Of a stretch of DNA of 53,835 bases, positions 38,413-50,528 are shown piece by piece (positions within the stretch are counted from its first letter, which is position 1; each line of letters starts with the position of its first letter). Position numbers and translations under genes: made by a program. The stretch lies in contig NC_057757.1 of the NCBI RefSeq assembly GCF_004010195.1, positions 2,735,813 through 2,789,647 on the forward strand, given 5' to 3'. The notes beneath the pieces are model-generated. The model was not told where the DNA came from, did not search any database, and saw only the letters and a list, made by a program, of their open reading frames with translations. This DNA is from Chiloscyllium plagiosum. Taxonomy: Eukaryota.

Positions 38413-38539
38413 CTGAAAATGTGTTGCTGGAAAAGCGCAGCAGGTCAGGCAGCATCCACGGACTGCTGACCTGCTGCGCTTTTCCAGCAACACGTTTTCA
38501 GCTCTGATCTCCAGCATCTGCAGCCCTCACTTTCTCCTC
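38413..38539. mobile_element. Fold-back mini Penelope-like element with 12-bp TSD
   Basis: TSD GTTGTTTTGAAG at 38401-38412 and 38540-38551. Confidence 0.85.
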
Positions 38540-38699
38540 GTTGTTTTGAAGGCAGGCTGTTTGTGGGACTATATTTTGCCTCGTGTGGGGTTTGTTCAGT
38601 ATTTGATGCACGCTTTGGTGAGAGGGAGTACAGCTGAAGCTCGTGCGCCAGGCCCTTCCACTTGCAGATCTATATCCAACCGAGGGCCATTTCATGAAA

Positions 38700-38867
38700 G
38701 GAGGAGAAAGTGAGGTCCGCAGATGCTGGAGATCAGAGCTGAAAATGTGTTGCTGGAAAAGCACAGCAGGTCAGCAGTCCTGAAGAAGGGCTTATGCCCT
38801 AAACGTCGATTCTCCTGTTCCCTGGATGCTGCCTGACCTGCTGCGCTTCTCCAGCAACACATTTTCA
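38700..38867. mobile_element. Fold-back mini Penelope-like element (tail on the left) with 14-bp TSD
   Basis: TSD GCCATTTCATGAAA at 38686-38699 and 38868-38881. Confidence 0.85.
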
Positions 38868-38899
38868 GCCATTTCATGAAACCCAAACATTCACCCCTT

Positions 38900-39400
38900 C
38901 CCTGCCATCCGCACCCGCCGCCGGTCGGAGCGGGAATGAGTGGGGAACGCGCGGGGTGAGGGTATTAAAAGGTCACGTGCTCAGGGGGTGGGGCCACGCG
39001 GCGTACCAGCCAATCGGCGATGGGACTGGAGGCCACGTGCGGGGAGGGACGTGTCGGGCGCGTGTGAGCCAATCGGGACCGGGGCGTCGGTGACGTCGGC
39101 ATCTCGGCCAATCGGAGGGGGGCGGGAGTCACGTGTCGCGGCCCAGGCCTGAGGAGCTGGAGGCAGAGGCAGGGGACAGGGCTTGGCGCTGGAGGCCGGC
39201 TACAGCCGCAGGGGTGGGGAGAGAGACACGGGCACACACCGAGAGGGAGGGAGAGGGGCACACCGGCATACACCGCGCGGGGAGCCGCCTGGAGCCCGGA
39301 CTCGGGAGGGCAGACACACACAAGATGGCGCCTGGTGGAGGGGTCAGGGTCTGAGACACACACACACACACAGGGAGGGGGTGAGGGTGAGTGAGTGGGT
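38900..39400 (+). promoter_or_regulatory. Probable TAF6 CpG-island promoter and non-coding first exon
   Basis: Three CCAATCGG boxes (about 39010, 39069, 39108); GTCACGTG E-boxes; CRE-like TGACGTCG; GC box; YY1-type CAAGATGGCG at 39321-39330; candidate GTGAGT donors at about 39387-39396. Confidence 0.7.
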
Positions 39401-39480
39401 GAGGTGGGAGGGAGAGGGGAGGGGAGGGAGTGAGGGAGGGGAGAAGGAGGGGAGGTGGGTGAGGGAGGGGTTGGGAGAGG

Positions 39481-40366
39481 NNNNNNNNNNNNNNNNNNNN
39501 NNNNNNNNNNNNNNNNNNNNNNNNNNNNNNNNNNNNNNNNNNNNNNNNNNNNNNNNNNNNNNNNNNNNNNNNNNNNNNNNNNNNNNNNNNNNNNNNNNNN
39601 NNNNNNNNNNNNNNNNNNNNNNNNNNNNNNNNNNNNNNNNNNNNNNNNNNNNNNNNNNNNNNNNNNNNNNNNNNNNNNNNNNNNNNNNNNNNNNNNNNNN
39701 NNNNNNNNNNNNNNNNNNNNNNNNNNNNNNNNNNNNNNNNNNNNNNNNNNNNNNNNNNNNNNNNNNNNNNNNNNNNNNNNNNNNNNNNNNNNNNNNNNNN
39801 NNNNNNNNNNNNNNNNNNNNNNNNNNNNNNNNNNNNNNNNNNNNNNNNNNNNNNNNNNNNNNNNNNNNNNNNNNNNNNNNNNNNNNNNNNNNNNNNNNNN
39901 NNNNNNNNNNNNNNNNNNNNNNNNNNNNNNNNNNNNNNNNNNNNNNNNNNNNNNNNNNNNNNNNNNNNNNNNNNNNNNNNNNNNNNNNNNNNNNNNNNNN
40001 NNNNNNNNNNNNNNNNNNNNNNNNNNNNNNNNNNNNNNNNNNNNNNNNNNNNNNNNNNNNNNNNNNNNNNNNNNNNNNNNNNNNNNNNNNNNNNNNNNNN
40101 NNNNNNNNNNNNNNNNNNNNNNNNNNNNNNNNNNNNNNNNNNNNNNNNNNNNNNNNNNNNNNNNNNNNNNNNNNNNNNNNNNNNNNNNNNNNNNNNNNNN
40201 NNNNNNNNNNNNNNNNNNNNNNNNNNNNNNNNNNNNNNNNNNNNNNNNNNNNNNNNNNNNNNNNNNNNNNNNNNNNNNNNNNNNNNNNNNNNNNNNNNNN
40301 NNNNNNNNNNNNNNNNNNNNNNNNNNNNNNNNNNNNNNNNNNNNNNNNNNNNNNNNNNNNNNNNNN
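39481..40366. other. Assembly gap (886 N)
   Basis: Run of N. Confidence 1.
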
Positions 40367-41421
40367 CCCCCCCCCCCAGCTGAGATCCTCCTCCACCCAG
40401 CTCTCCCTCCTCGAGCAGTATAATAAAAAAAAGCCGAATGCTGTGCACTCCGGAAATCGGAAAACACAAACAGAAATTGCTGGAGAACCTCGGCAGAGTC
40501 TGCCAGTGGTTGCAGAGAGTGAAACCGAGTTAACATCTTTTCCTTCTTTCTCCATTCCACTCCCAAGCTAATTATCCCTCATGTCAAGGGAGAGGGGGGT
40601 CTGGGGAGGGTGACGTGGAGGTAACCGTGAATTAATAGACTCCTTTCCTATCAGCATCCCTGGGAGGGGACACGTGTTGTCGAATCTTTGGCCGTTTTAT
40701 GTATGGGGAGTTTTGTATCTGTAATCCTTGCAGCAGGCGTTGGTGGATGCTGGAGTTATATCTCCCCTTCTTAGGGGAAGAATCGAGTGCTTGTTTAAAG
40801 ATAGAAGACGGGATTGAAAAGAATTTCTTCTGAGCGTTGCGTTTCTTATTGTCACAAAAACCCGACAGGGAAGGAAATCTGCTGCCCTTACCCAGTCTGG
40901 CCTACACGTGACTCCAGACACACAGCACTGTGGCTGACTCCTAACTGAAATGGTCTAGCAAGCCGCTCAGTTGAAGGGGGTGAGGGGATAAATGCTGGCC
41001 TTGCTACCAACGCCCACTTCCCGTGTATGAATAAAGAATTGTCTGGTTTTGTGCTACCTCCTGGACTGTACGAAGGCACTGGCTCCAAGTGAAATACTGC
41101 GGGCGCTGGGAATGAGAAGCGACCAGCAGGTCAGGCAGCCCCGGTGGAGCGAGGAGGGGGACTGGCAAATGTTTGCCTTCCCCCAGAAACGTTTCACCCT
41201 GCTTTGCGGAGGGCTGGCTGATCGTTTCGGGCCGAGCATGCGCCAAAATGCCGGTTCTGTCCGAGCCGTAGTATCAGCTCCGGTTCTTTGGGAGCGGGAA
41301 TGGTTCTCGCCCCGTGAGCGCCGCATGGTGCGGATGTGTTGGTGGCCCTGAAGAGCGCCTTGATTCATTGTCTTTCCCCCCCCCCCTCTGTCTGCTGTAG
41401 GGTGGATGATGGGAGGTGAGC

Positions 41422-41577
41422 ATGGCCAATGAGAAGAAACTGAAGATTAGCAACACGCTGCTTCCCACCGAGTCGATGAAAGTGATCGCCGAATCCATAG
41501 GAATCTCCCAGCTTTCGGAGGAAACTTGCCAAAGCTTGACTGAGGAGGTCAGCTACAGGATCAAAGAGCTGGCCCAG
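41422..41577 (+). CDS. TAF6: TAF6 first coding exon (histone-fold N-terminus)
   Basis: [52 protein letters not shown]; acceptor AG at 41399-41400, CAG|GTGAGC donor. Confidence 0.95.
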
Positions 41578-44225
41578 GTGAGCTTCCCTCTGTTTTAAGC
41601 GCATTTCTGTCTCACTACCCTGTGTTTGCGAGCGTGCATGCGCCGTGCTTGTGTGCTTGCCCCGTGTTTGTGCACGTGTGTTTTTTTGCAGTGTTTTAGT
41701 CAGCTGTCGCATCACAGAGAAGAGACCCTTTGAGTCTCCATCCCACTATCTACACTAGTCCCACTTCCTCATGAGGGGCTCCTGCCTGAGACGTCGATCC
41801 TCCTGCTCCTCAGATGCTGACCTGCTGTATTTTTCCAGCACCACTCTAATCTTGATTCTGATCTCCAGCAGTCCTCACTTTCGCCAAAGCCTTGAATGTT
41901 GTCTTACCCCCAGTGCTCATCCCGTTGCAAGCCTAATCCCTGATGAAGGGCTTATGCCCGAGACGTCGATCCTCCTGCGCCTCAGATGCTGCCTGACCGG
42001 CTGTGCTTTTCCAGCACCACACTCTCGACCCCTCCCATTGCAGTAAAACTTTGTTTTTATTAGCACCTTTTGAACAGGCACCCTTGAAACACTGGCAAAA
42101 ATCATACACCTCTTGTTTCATGAAGTTCGCTGTATTATTCAATCCAATTATTACACGTTTTAAAATTAATCTATCTTGCTGTAAATGTCCTCATTCAATC
42201 AAGCGACCACTCAAGTTGATTTAATTTCGAGTCACTTTCTCCTCAAATGCCACCATCTCTGAGTAGTCAGGCGAGGGTGAGAGTTAGAAGGCTCTCTGTC
42301 AGTAGGTTTTATTTAAGGTGAAGTTGCATTCTTATTTAAGAGATCTATGCTGTAAACAAAGTGTAACAGTGATGTGCACACCCCCTGCATTATGTTTCTG
42401 TTAGTTAGTGAGTGTTTTTACACGTGGACTCTTGGTTATCCACTCCCGGTCCCATAGTTACTGGATAATAAAAAATCCGCTGCAGTTTTATTTCAAACTG
42501 TTGTGAGGTTTCCTGTCTCAACTACCCTTCAGGGCAGTGCGCTCCAGACCCCTGCTACCCTCTGGGTGAGAAAGGTTATCCTGAAATCCCCTGAAAACCA
42601 CCTGTCTTTCACTGTAAGTCCTGCCTCTGTCTTGTGTGGGTGTATATGTACCATCCTGCACTTGTCTGGTTGTGCGGGATCGAGAGTGTGGCGCTGGAAA
42701 AGCACAGCAAATCAGGCAGCAACGGAGGAGCAGGAGAATCGCTGTTTCGTGCATAAGCCTTTCCTGATGAAGGGTCGACGTAACAAGGAATACGAGCGTC
42801 TCTTACCTCAAAGGAGCCAGAACTTGCATTTGCACAGCGCCTGTAATAACATAGTGAAACGCTCGAAGGAGCAGAATTGGACTAAATTTGACTTTGCCCA
42901 CTTAAGGACGAGGAGCACTGGAGGCGTGATGCTGTTAGAGGCAGAATGATAGGAATCGAGAGGCCAGAATAGGTGGAGTTTGGTCATCACTGAGGGCTGT
43001 GGGAGGTCACATAGAAAGGGAGAGTCCAAGCCCTTGGTGTATGTGCGTGAGCGTTAAACTGTTGGTGATGACAGGCTTTCTCCATCAGTCGTTGACCTGC
43101 TGCAGTCCTGTGTGCTATAGGGACACCCACTCAGCGCCGTTAGCGAGGGAGTTCCTGGATTCTGACTCACTGACGCTGAAGCAACGTCGGATACGTTTCC
43201 AAGTCGGGATGGTGAGGGGGCTCGGAGGGGAACTTGCAGGGGGCTGGTGTCCCTGTGTATCTGCTGCCCTCCTCTCTCTCTCTATGTGCTAGAGGTCCCA
43301 GGTTTGGAAAGCTGCAGTCAGAGGAGCCTTATTGAATTTCAGCAGGTGCACCTTGGAGCTAAGGAGCCGAGGGCACAGCCTGAGAATAATGAACGGAGAG
43401 AAGGAGAAACATCTTCAGCCAGAGAGTGGGGAATCGATGCAATTCCCTGCCACTGAAGGCTGTGGAAGCCAGGTCACTGGGTATATTTAAGACGGAGATA
43501 GATAGGTTTCTGGGTATCAAGGGGTTTGAGGGTTATGGGAGAATGGGGTTGAGAAACGTATCAACTATGATTGAATGGCGGGGCAGACTCGATGGGCTGA
43601 ATGGCCTAGTTTCTGCTCCTACGTCTTGTAGATGGCCTGCAGTGCCGCTGCTGAGTGTTGGTGAATGTTAAAGCTGGTCGATGGGGGCTGAATCCAGCGT
43701 CTGAGTTAACTTGCCTTTCACACGTTCTGTCATTCCAGTTTCAGACGGGCCTTACCAGGGAGCTGGACGTGGCCCGTCTGGCTAAAGGGATTGAGGGGTA
43801 CGCAGAGAAAGTGGGAGTGGGATACTGAGGTTGCATGGTCAGCCATGTTTGTGTTGCATGGTGGGGCAGGCTGGAAGGGCTGAATGGCCTACTCCTGCAT
43901 CCGTTTTCAATGTTAACTCTGTACCGGAGGTGGGGGGGGGGCTAATGGGAGGATAGGAAAATCTCGTGTGGTGCTGGAAAAGCACAGCAGGTCAGGCAGC
44001 ATCCGAGGAGCAGGAGGATCGACGTTTCGGCCATAAGCCCTTCCCTGACGAAGCTCCTGTTCCTCGGATGCTGCCTGGCCTGCTGTGCTTTTCCAGCACC
44101 ACACTCTTGACTCTGATCTCCAGCACCTCACTTACTCCCGATGGGATAACCAGCACTGGGGAGTCCTCATGGCCCGGTTAAAGGGGCCTTTTTATCGAAT
44201 GTGGTTTTTGTGTCTCCCCACTCAG

Positions 44226-44312
44226 GATGCCCTGAAGTACATGTACCATGGCAAACGGAAGAAGCTAACGACGGTGGACATCGACTGTGCTCTGAAGCTG
44301 AAAAATGTGGAG
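44226..44312 (+). CDS. TAF6: TAF6 second coding exon (87 nt)
   Basis: [32 protein letters not shown] acceptor, GAG|GTTTGC donor. Confidence 0.95.
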
Positions 44313-44898
44313 GTTTGCCAATCCCCTACATCCCTTCCCACTGCTTAACCACCCCCCTCACCCCAAACTAAGGAGAAACGATTTACCCAGGTATTAGGGC
44401 CTTTGATCTCAGAGTGTAGCTGGGGACAGGGTGGGATGGTGAGGCTGATGCTCATCATCGCGTTAATGCCTTGGCGACCGAGGGTGCAAATGCTGCTGGA
44501 GGGATTTAAACAAACGCAACAGAATCTCACATTAAAACCTCACCAAGGTGATCCCGGCCATCACCGATTGCTAGTAAAAAGCAGCACCCCTTCCCCCCCC
44601 CCCCCCCCCCCCCCTCCCCTGCAGATCTCCTTTTGGGGGTGGGGGGGGGAAACCTGCCATCTTTATCCAGTCTGCCTTCCATGGGGCTCCACGCTGACCC
44701 AAAGCAGCCCAGGCACGCCACTCCGTGGATACTGACAAATACTGGCCATATCAGCACTCCCCAGGTAGAAAATAGGATGAAGATCCACGGTGAGAGGCTT
44801 CAGTCTCAGGCTGTGAAGGAGGCTGTCTAATTCCTCCGGCCTGCCTCAGGGTTTGGAGAGAGCTAGGCCTTGACCTTTCTTTTCCTTGTCACGAGTAC

Positions 44899-46255
44899 GG
44901 GGCGGCATGGCGGCTCAGTGGTTAGCGCTGCTGACTCACAGCGCCAGGGACGCGGGTTCAATCCCACCCTCGGGTGACTGGCTGCATGGATTCTCCAGTG
45001 TCTGCGTGGGTTTCCTCCAGATACTCCGGTTTCCTCCCACAGTCCAAACATGTCCAAGTTAGGGTGGATTGGCCGTGCTAAGTGTCCCATAGTGTCCAGG
45101 GATGTGCAGGTTAGTGTGAATTGGCCGTGCTAAATTGTCCCATAGTGCCCAGGGATGTGCAGGTTAGTGTGAATTGGCCGTGCTAAATTGTCCCATAGTG
45201 CCCAGGGATGTGCAGGTTAGTGTGAATTGGCCGTGCTAAATTGTCCCATAGTGCCCAGGGATGTGCAGGTTAGTGTGAATTGGCCGTGCTAAATTGTCCC
45301 ATAGTGCCCAGGGATGTGCAGGTTAGTGTGAATTGGCCGTGCTAAATTGTCCCATAGTGCCCAGGGATGTGCAGGTTAGTGTGAATTGGCCGTGCTAAAT
45401 TGTCCCATAGTGCCCAGGGATGTGCAGGTTAGTGTGAATTGGCCGTGCTAAATTGTCCCATAGTGCCCAGGGATGTGCAGGTTAGTGTGAATTGGCCGTG
45501 CTAAATTGTCCCATAGTGCCCAGGGATGTGCAGGTTAGTGTGAATTGGCCGTGCTAAATTGTCCCATAGTGTCCAGGGATGTGCAGGTTAGTGTGAATTG
45601 GCCGTGCTAAATTGTCCCATAGTGTCCAGGGATGTGCAGGTTAGTGTNNNNNNNNNNNNNNNNNNNNNNNNNNNNNNNNNNNNNNNNNNNNNNNNNNNNN
45701 NNNNNNNNNNNNNNNNNNNNNNNNNNNNNNNNNNNNNNNNNNNNNNNNNNNNNNNNNNNNNNNNNNNNNNNNNNNNNNNNNNNNNNNNNNNNNNNNNNNN
45801 NNNNNNNNNNNNNNNNNNNNNNNNNNNNNNNNNNNNNNNNNNNNNNNNNNNNNNNNNNNNNNNNNNNNNNNNNNNNNNNNNNNNNNNNNNNNNNNNNNNN
45901 NNNNNNNNNNNNNNNNNNNNNNNNNNNNNNNNNNNNNNNNNNNNNNNNNNNNNNNNNNNNNNNNNNNNNNNNNNNNNNNNNNNNNNNNNNNNNNNNNNNN
46001 NNNNNNNNNNNNNNNNNNNNNNNNNNNNNNNNNNNNNNNNNNNNNNNNNNNNNNNNNNNNNNNNNNNNNNNNNNNNNNNNNNNNNNNNNNNCGTGCTAAA
46101 TTGTCCCATAGTACCCAGGGGTGTGCAGGTTATGGTGGATTGGCCATGGGAAATGCCGGGGTAGGGCGGTGGGTCTGGATGGGATGGTCTGCAGAAGGTC
46201 AGTGTTGACTCAGTGGACCAAATGGGCAGCTTCCACTCTGTAGGAATTCTATTCT
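44899..46255 (+). repeat. V-SINE with internal 53-bp array spanning a 444-N gap (45648-46091)
   Basis: At least 10 units of GGATGTGCAGGTTAGTGTGAATTGGCCGTGCTAAATTGTCCCATAGTGCCCAG. Confidence 0.9.
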
Positions 46256-47630
46256 ATCCTCTTTATATAATTGTGCTCATGAATGCCCCGCTGGAATCTT
46301 CCTCCACCTCTGTTTGTGGTGGCGTGTTCCAGATCCTGATAACTCCAAATTAAAAGAACAGTTTCGTGCCCTCTGCGCCATCAAACAGAAGGTTCTAAAA
46401 CGCTGTGTGCTCTGCGTATCTGTGGGAATGCCACTATCTGCAAGGCACAAGTCACGAGTGTCATGGAATATTCCCCATTTGCCCTGGAAAGGTGCAGCTC
46501 CAGCAACACCGGAAGATTGACACGATCTGGAGCTAAGCAAGGCCTGCTTAATTGGCAGCATATCCGCCACTTTCAAAGCTCCCCCTCCCCATTACCAATG
46601 GGCACTCGCAGCACTGTGTCCCATCTACAAGATGCACTGCAGCAATTTGCCAGGGCTTCTCAGACAGCACCTTCCATACCCACGACCTCTACCATCGAGA
46701 AGGACCAGGGCAGCCAATATGTGGGAACGTCAACCCCTGCACGTTCCCCACTCCCCATCCCGACTTGGAAATATATCGGCAGTTCCCTCAGCGTGGCTGG
46801 GTCAGGATCCTGAAACCCCCTCCCTAACGGCACTGTGTGGGTGTCCTTACACCACATGGGACTGCGGCGGTTCCAGAGGGAAGCTCACCCCCCCCCACCC
46901 CACCCTCTGTCAATAAAAAATAAACGCTGGGCAGTCCATTGATGTGGAAATTCCAAGCCAGCTGAATGCGCAAGCTCCTCCATTAATTTTCCCATTGATC
47001 TGCTCTTGAGAATAATCCCAGACTGTCCGATCTCTCCACAGCAGCTGGAGTCTATCATAAAGTCATACAGTACGGAAACAGACCGTTCGGCCCAGCCCGT
47101 CCATGCTAACCAGGTTGCCAAAGCTGATCCAGTCCCATTTGCCAGTATTTGGCCCATATATCCCTAAACCCTTCCTATTCATATAAGATGTGCAGGTTAG
47201 GATGGATTAGCCATTCTAAATTGCCCATAGTGTTAGGTGCATTAGTCAGAGGGAAATGGGCCTGGATGGGTTACTCTTCAGAGGGTCGGTGTGGGCTGAA
47301 GGGCCTGTTTCCACACTGCAGGGAATCTAATCTAATCATATACCCATCCAGATGCCTTTTAACTGCTGTAACTGTACCAGCCTCCACCTCTTCCTCTGGC
47401 AGCTCATTCCATACACGCACCACCCTCTATGTGAAAAAGTTCCCCCTCAGGTCCTTTATAAAGCTGTCCCCTTCATACAGAGGGCATAGCTTAATCATCT
47501 GCCACAATCCCTGGTATAGAGACGCCAAGGCAAACAGGTTTATTGAAGGTGGAGGGGACAGGGTGATTAACAATGGCAGGGCCCCCTGAACCCTAACTCT
47601 AACCCTATAACCAGCTGCCTCTCTCTGCAG

Positions 47631-47784
47631 CCGCTGTACGGGTTCCACGCCCAGGAGTTCATTCCCTTCCGGTACGCCAGCGGGGGTGGGCGCGAGCTCC
47701 ACTTCTACGAGGAGAAGGAGGTGGACCTCAGCGACATCATCAACACGCCCCTCCCGCGGGTGCCGTTGGACGTCTGTCTCAAAG
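47631..47784 (+). CDS. TAF6: TAF6 third coding exon (154 nt)
   Basis: [56 protein letters not shown] acceptor, G|GTAAAC donor. Confidence 0.97.
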
Positions 47785-48282
47785 GTAAACAGTGAGCCCT
47801 CGTCTCAAACCCTCCCTGTCAACCCCCCCCCCCCCCTCCTGTGGGCCCTCTGGAAAGGACCAGGCTAACGCTGCAGCGTCAGATAACACCAACAAATCCG
47901 TCACTTTGTAAATGCGGAGTTTGCGTCACGAGGGCTCTTCGTGGCGCAGTGGTAGTGTCCCTATCCCTGAGCCAGGAGGCTTGGCTTCAGGTTCCACCTG
48001 CTGTCAAGGCGCGTTTGAGCTTTTCTAAGTACGTTGATTTAAAAAAAACCAAATGCCATGGTGTTGCTGAGAGAGGAGACTTGCTGTTAAATGTGTTTTG
48101 TCTTGCACACTTCAGGATAGGTACAAGAATGCAACTTCTCACAGGGAACATCAGTTTACACAGCCCTCGGTGCTGAACAGTTACCCTGTCCACACTCTGG
48201 ATGGTTGGGGCATTGTCACAGAGATTACATCATCCCCCTTTTGTTCAGTACTTCTACTGTGCACTTTCTGCAGCAATATCCC

Positions 48283-48590
48283 TGGGGTGGCACGGTGGCT
48301 CAGTGGTTGGCACTGCTGCCTCACAGCGCCAGGGACCCGGGTTCGATACCAGCCTTGGGGGACCGTCTGTGTGCTGTGTGGAGTTTGCACATTCTCCCCG
48401 TGTCTGCTTGGGTTTCCTCCCACAGTCCAAAGATGTGCAGGTTAGGGTGGATTGGCTGTGCTAAATTTCCCACGAGGTGCATTAGTCAGGGGTAAATATG
48501 GGGGATGGGTCTGGTGGGTCACTCTTCGGAGGGTCGGTATGGACTTGTTGGGCCGAAGGGCCTGTTTCCACACTGTAGGGAATCTAATCA
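48283..48590 (+). mobile_element. V-SINE (HE1-like)
   Basis: tRNA-like head, V-domain, GAATCTAATC tail. Confidence 0.85.
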
Positions 48591-49118
48591 TTCTGACCGA
48601 TTTGGCATTCTTGCGTCTGTCCCAGTGGGTGTGAGAGGAAACCCCATGGCAACCATTTATTAATAGTTTAATAGGGAATGAACAGCTGCAATTAAAATAT
48701 CTGTGCTGTTCTCTGGTACCCATCTGGGGGGAGAAGAATCTGCTGTCCTAACCCCTACCTGGTTTGCATGTGACTCCAGACCCACGGCCAACATGAGTGC
48801 CTGTGACCCCCCCGGGATAGCGTCACAAAGTGTGGCGCTGGAAAAGCTCAGCTGGTCAGGCCGTATCCGCGGAGCAGGAGAGTTCAGGCATAAGCAGGTC
48901 ATCAGGAATCTGAGATAGCAGCCTAGCAAGCTGCTCAGCTGTAGGTAGCTCTCTGACAGCCGTTTGTGGTGAGTGAGGGGTGGGTAACGACTGGTGCCCT
49001 TGCAGCTCAAGGTAGTGGGGGTGGGGGATGGAGGGGTTGGAGTGTGGGTGCAGTTGGAGGATGGAATTTAATTGAGTGTAACTGTCAATCTCTCTCTCTC
49101 TCTCTCTTTGCTTCTCAG

Positions 49119-49175
49119 CTCACTGGCTCAGTATAGAGGGAATCCAACCTGCCATCCCAGAGAATCCACCGCCCG
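49119..49175 (+). CDS. TAF6: TAF6 fourth coding exon (57 nt); downstream exons not found in the window
   Basis: (A)[18 protein letters not shown]; long pyrimidine tract plus CAG acceptor, G|GTAAGC donor. Confidence 0.97.
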
Positions 49176-49552
49176 GTAAGCTTCGGCAATGTCTGCTGTC
49201 TCATTTCTGATCCCAACGGTGTTCCACAGGGATATATACTGTCTCCATTTCTGTCTGTAATCAGTGATCTAGATGAAAACGTAGAAGGCCTGGTTAGTGT
49301 GTTTGCAGATGGCGCCAAGGTTGGTGGTACAGTGGGCAGGGAAGAACAGTATCCAGGATTACAAAGTCATCATGACCAGTTGGGTTAATGGGCGGAGGAG
49401 TGGCGAATGGAGTTTAATTTGGATAAATGGGAGGGCAGAACTTACCCAATTAAAAGTAGGGTTCTGGGGAGTGTTGTACAACAGAAAGACCTGGGGATTG
49501 AGGTACATAGTTATTTGAAATTTACATTATAGTAGACATCGGTTAAGAAGAT

Positions 49553-50030
49553 GTCAAGAGTGTGTTGCTGGAAAAGTACAGCAGGTCTGGCAGCATCCGA
49601 GGAGCAGGAGGATTGACATTTCGGGCATATTCCCTTCATCAGGAATGAGGCTCCTGGGCCAGGGGCTGAGAGATAAATGGGGAGGGGGTGGGGATACGAT
49701 GGGAGGTAGCTGAGAAAGCGATAGGTGGATGAAGGTGAGGGAGGAATTGGTAGGTCAAAGGGGGCAGTGATGGACGGGTCCGGAGGGCGGTGCTGAGTTG
49801 GAGGCTTGGGACTGGGATAATATGGGGGGGAGGGGAAATGAGGAAGCTGCTGAAATCCACATTGATCCCGTGTGGTTGCAGGGTCCCAAGGCGGAATATG
49901 AGGCGTTCCTCCTCCAGGCGTCGGGCGGTAGCGGTTTGGCGGGGGAGGAGGCCCAGGACCTGCATGTCCTTGACGGAGTGGGAGGGGGGTGTTGAAGTGT
50001 TCAGCCACAGGGCAGTGGGGTTGGTGGGCG
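49553..50030 (-). mobile_element. Penelope-like element (family A) 3' end
   Basis: PVAEHFN...MQVLGLL...RRLEEERLIFRLGTLQPHGINVDF; hammerhead remnant at about 49611-49645. Confidence 0.85.
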
Positions 50031-50319
50031 TGAAGCCTCATTGAAGAAGTTGTCCTTCTCTCTCTAGAAAAAAAAGACTTTCTCCTAGCTGGTTACAAAG
50101 ATGTTTAGTACATTTGCCTTCATTGCTCCTACCTGTTGAGATGGTGGTGTTGGACCAGGGTGGGCAAGGCCAGAAGTCTCATAACGCCAACAGGTTTATT
50201 TGAAATCACCTGAGGAAAGGGCAGTACTCTGAAAGCTTGTGATTTCAAGTAAACCTATTGGACTGTAACCTGGTGTTGTCAGACCTGTTGAGTATAGGTG
50301 TGTATCCAATTCTGTCCAG

Positions 50320-50528
50320 ATTAGAGTGGTGCTGGAAATGCACAGCAGGTCAGGCAACATCCGAGGAGCAGGAGAATTGACGTTTCTGCCTCTATTCCTG
50401 ATGAAGGGCTTTTGCCCGAAACGTTGATTCTCCTGCTCCTCGGATGCTGCCTGACCTGCTGTGCTTTTCCAGCACCACTCTAATCTAGACTCTGGTTTCC
50501 AGCATCTGCAGTCCTTGTTTTTACCCAG
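50320..50528. mobile_element. Fold-back mini Penelope-like element with 15-bp TSD and hammerhead core
   Basis: TSD TCCAATTCTGTCCAG at 50305-50319 and 50529-50543; CUGAUGA-A-GGGC-UUUU-GCCC-GAAAC-GUU at 50398-50425. Confidence 0.9.

Noticed and set aside
39010..39135. Canonical ER-stress elements at the CCAATCGG boxes
   Set aside because: No CCACG at N9 spacing and no ATTGG-N-CCACG
38965..40571. Long ORFs spanning N runs (also 45588-46164 and 50650-51519)
   Set aside because: Artefacts of translating gaps; only the calpain part at 51359-51436 is real
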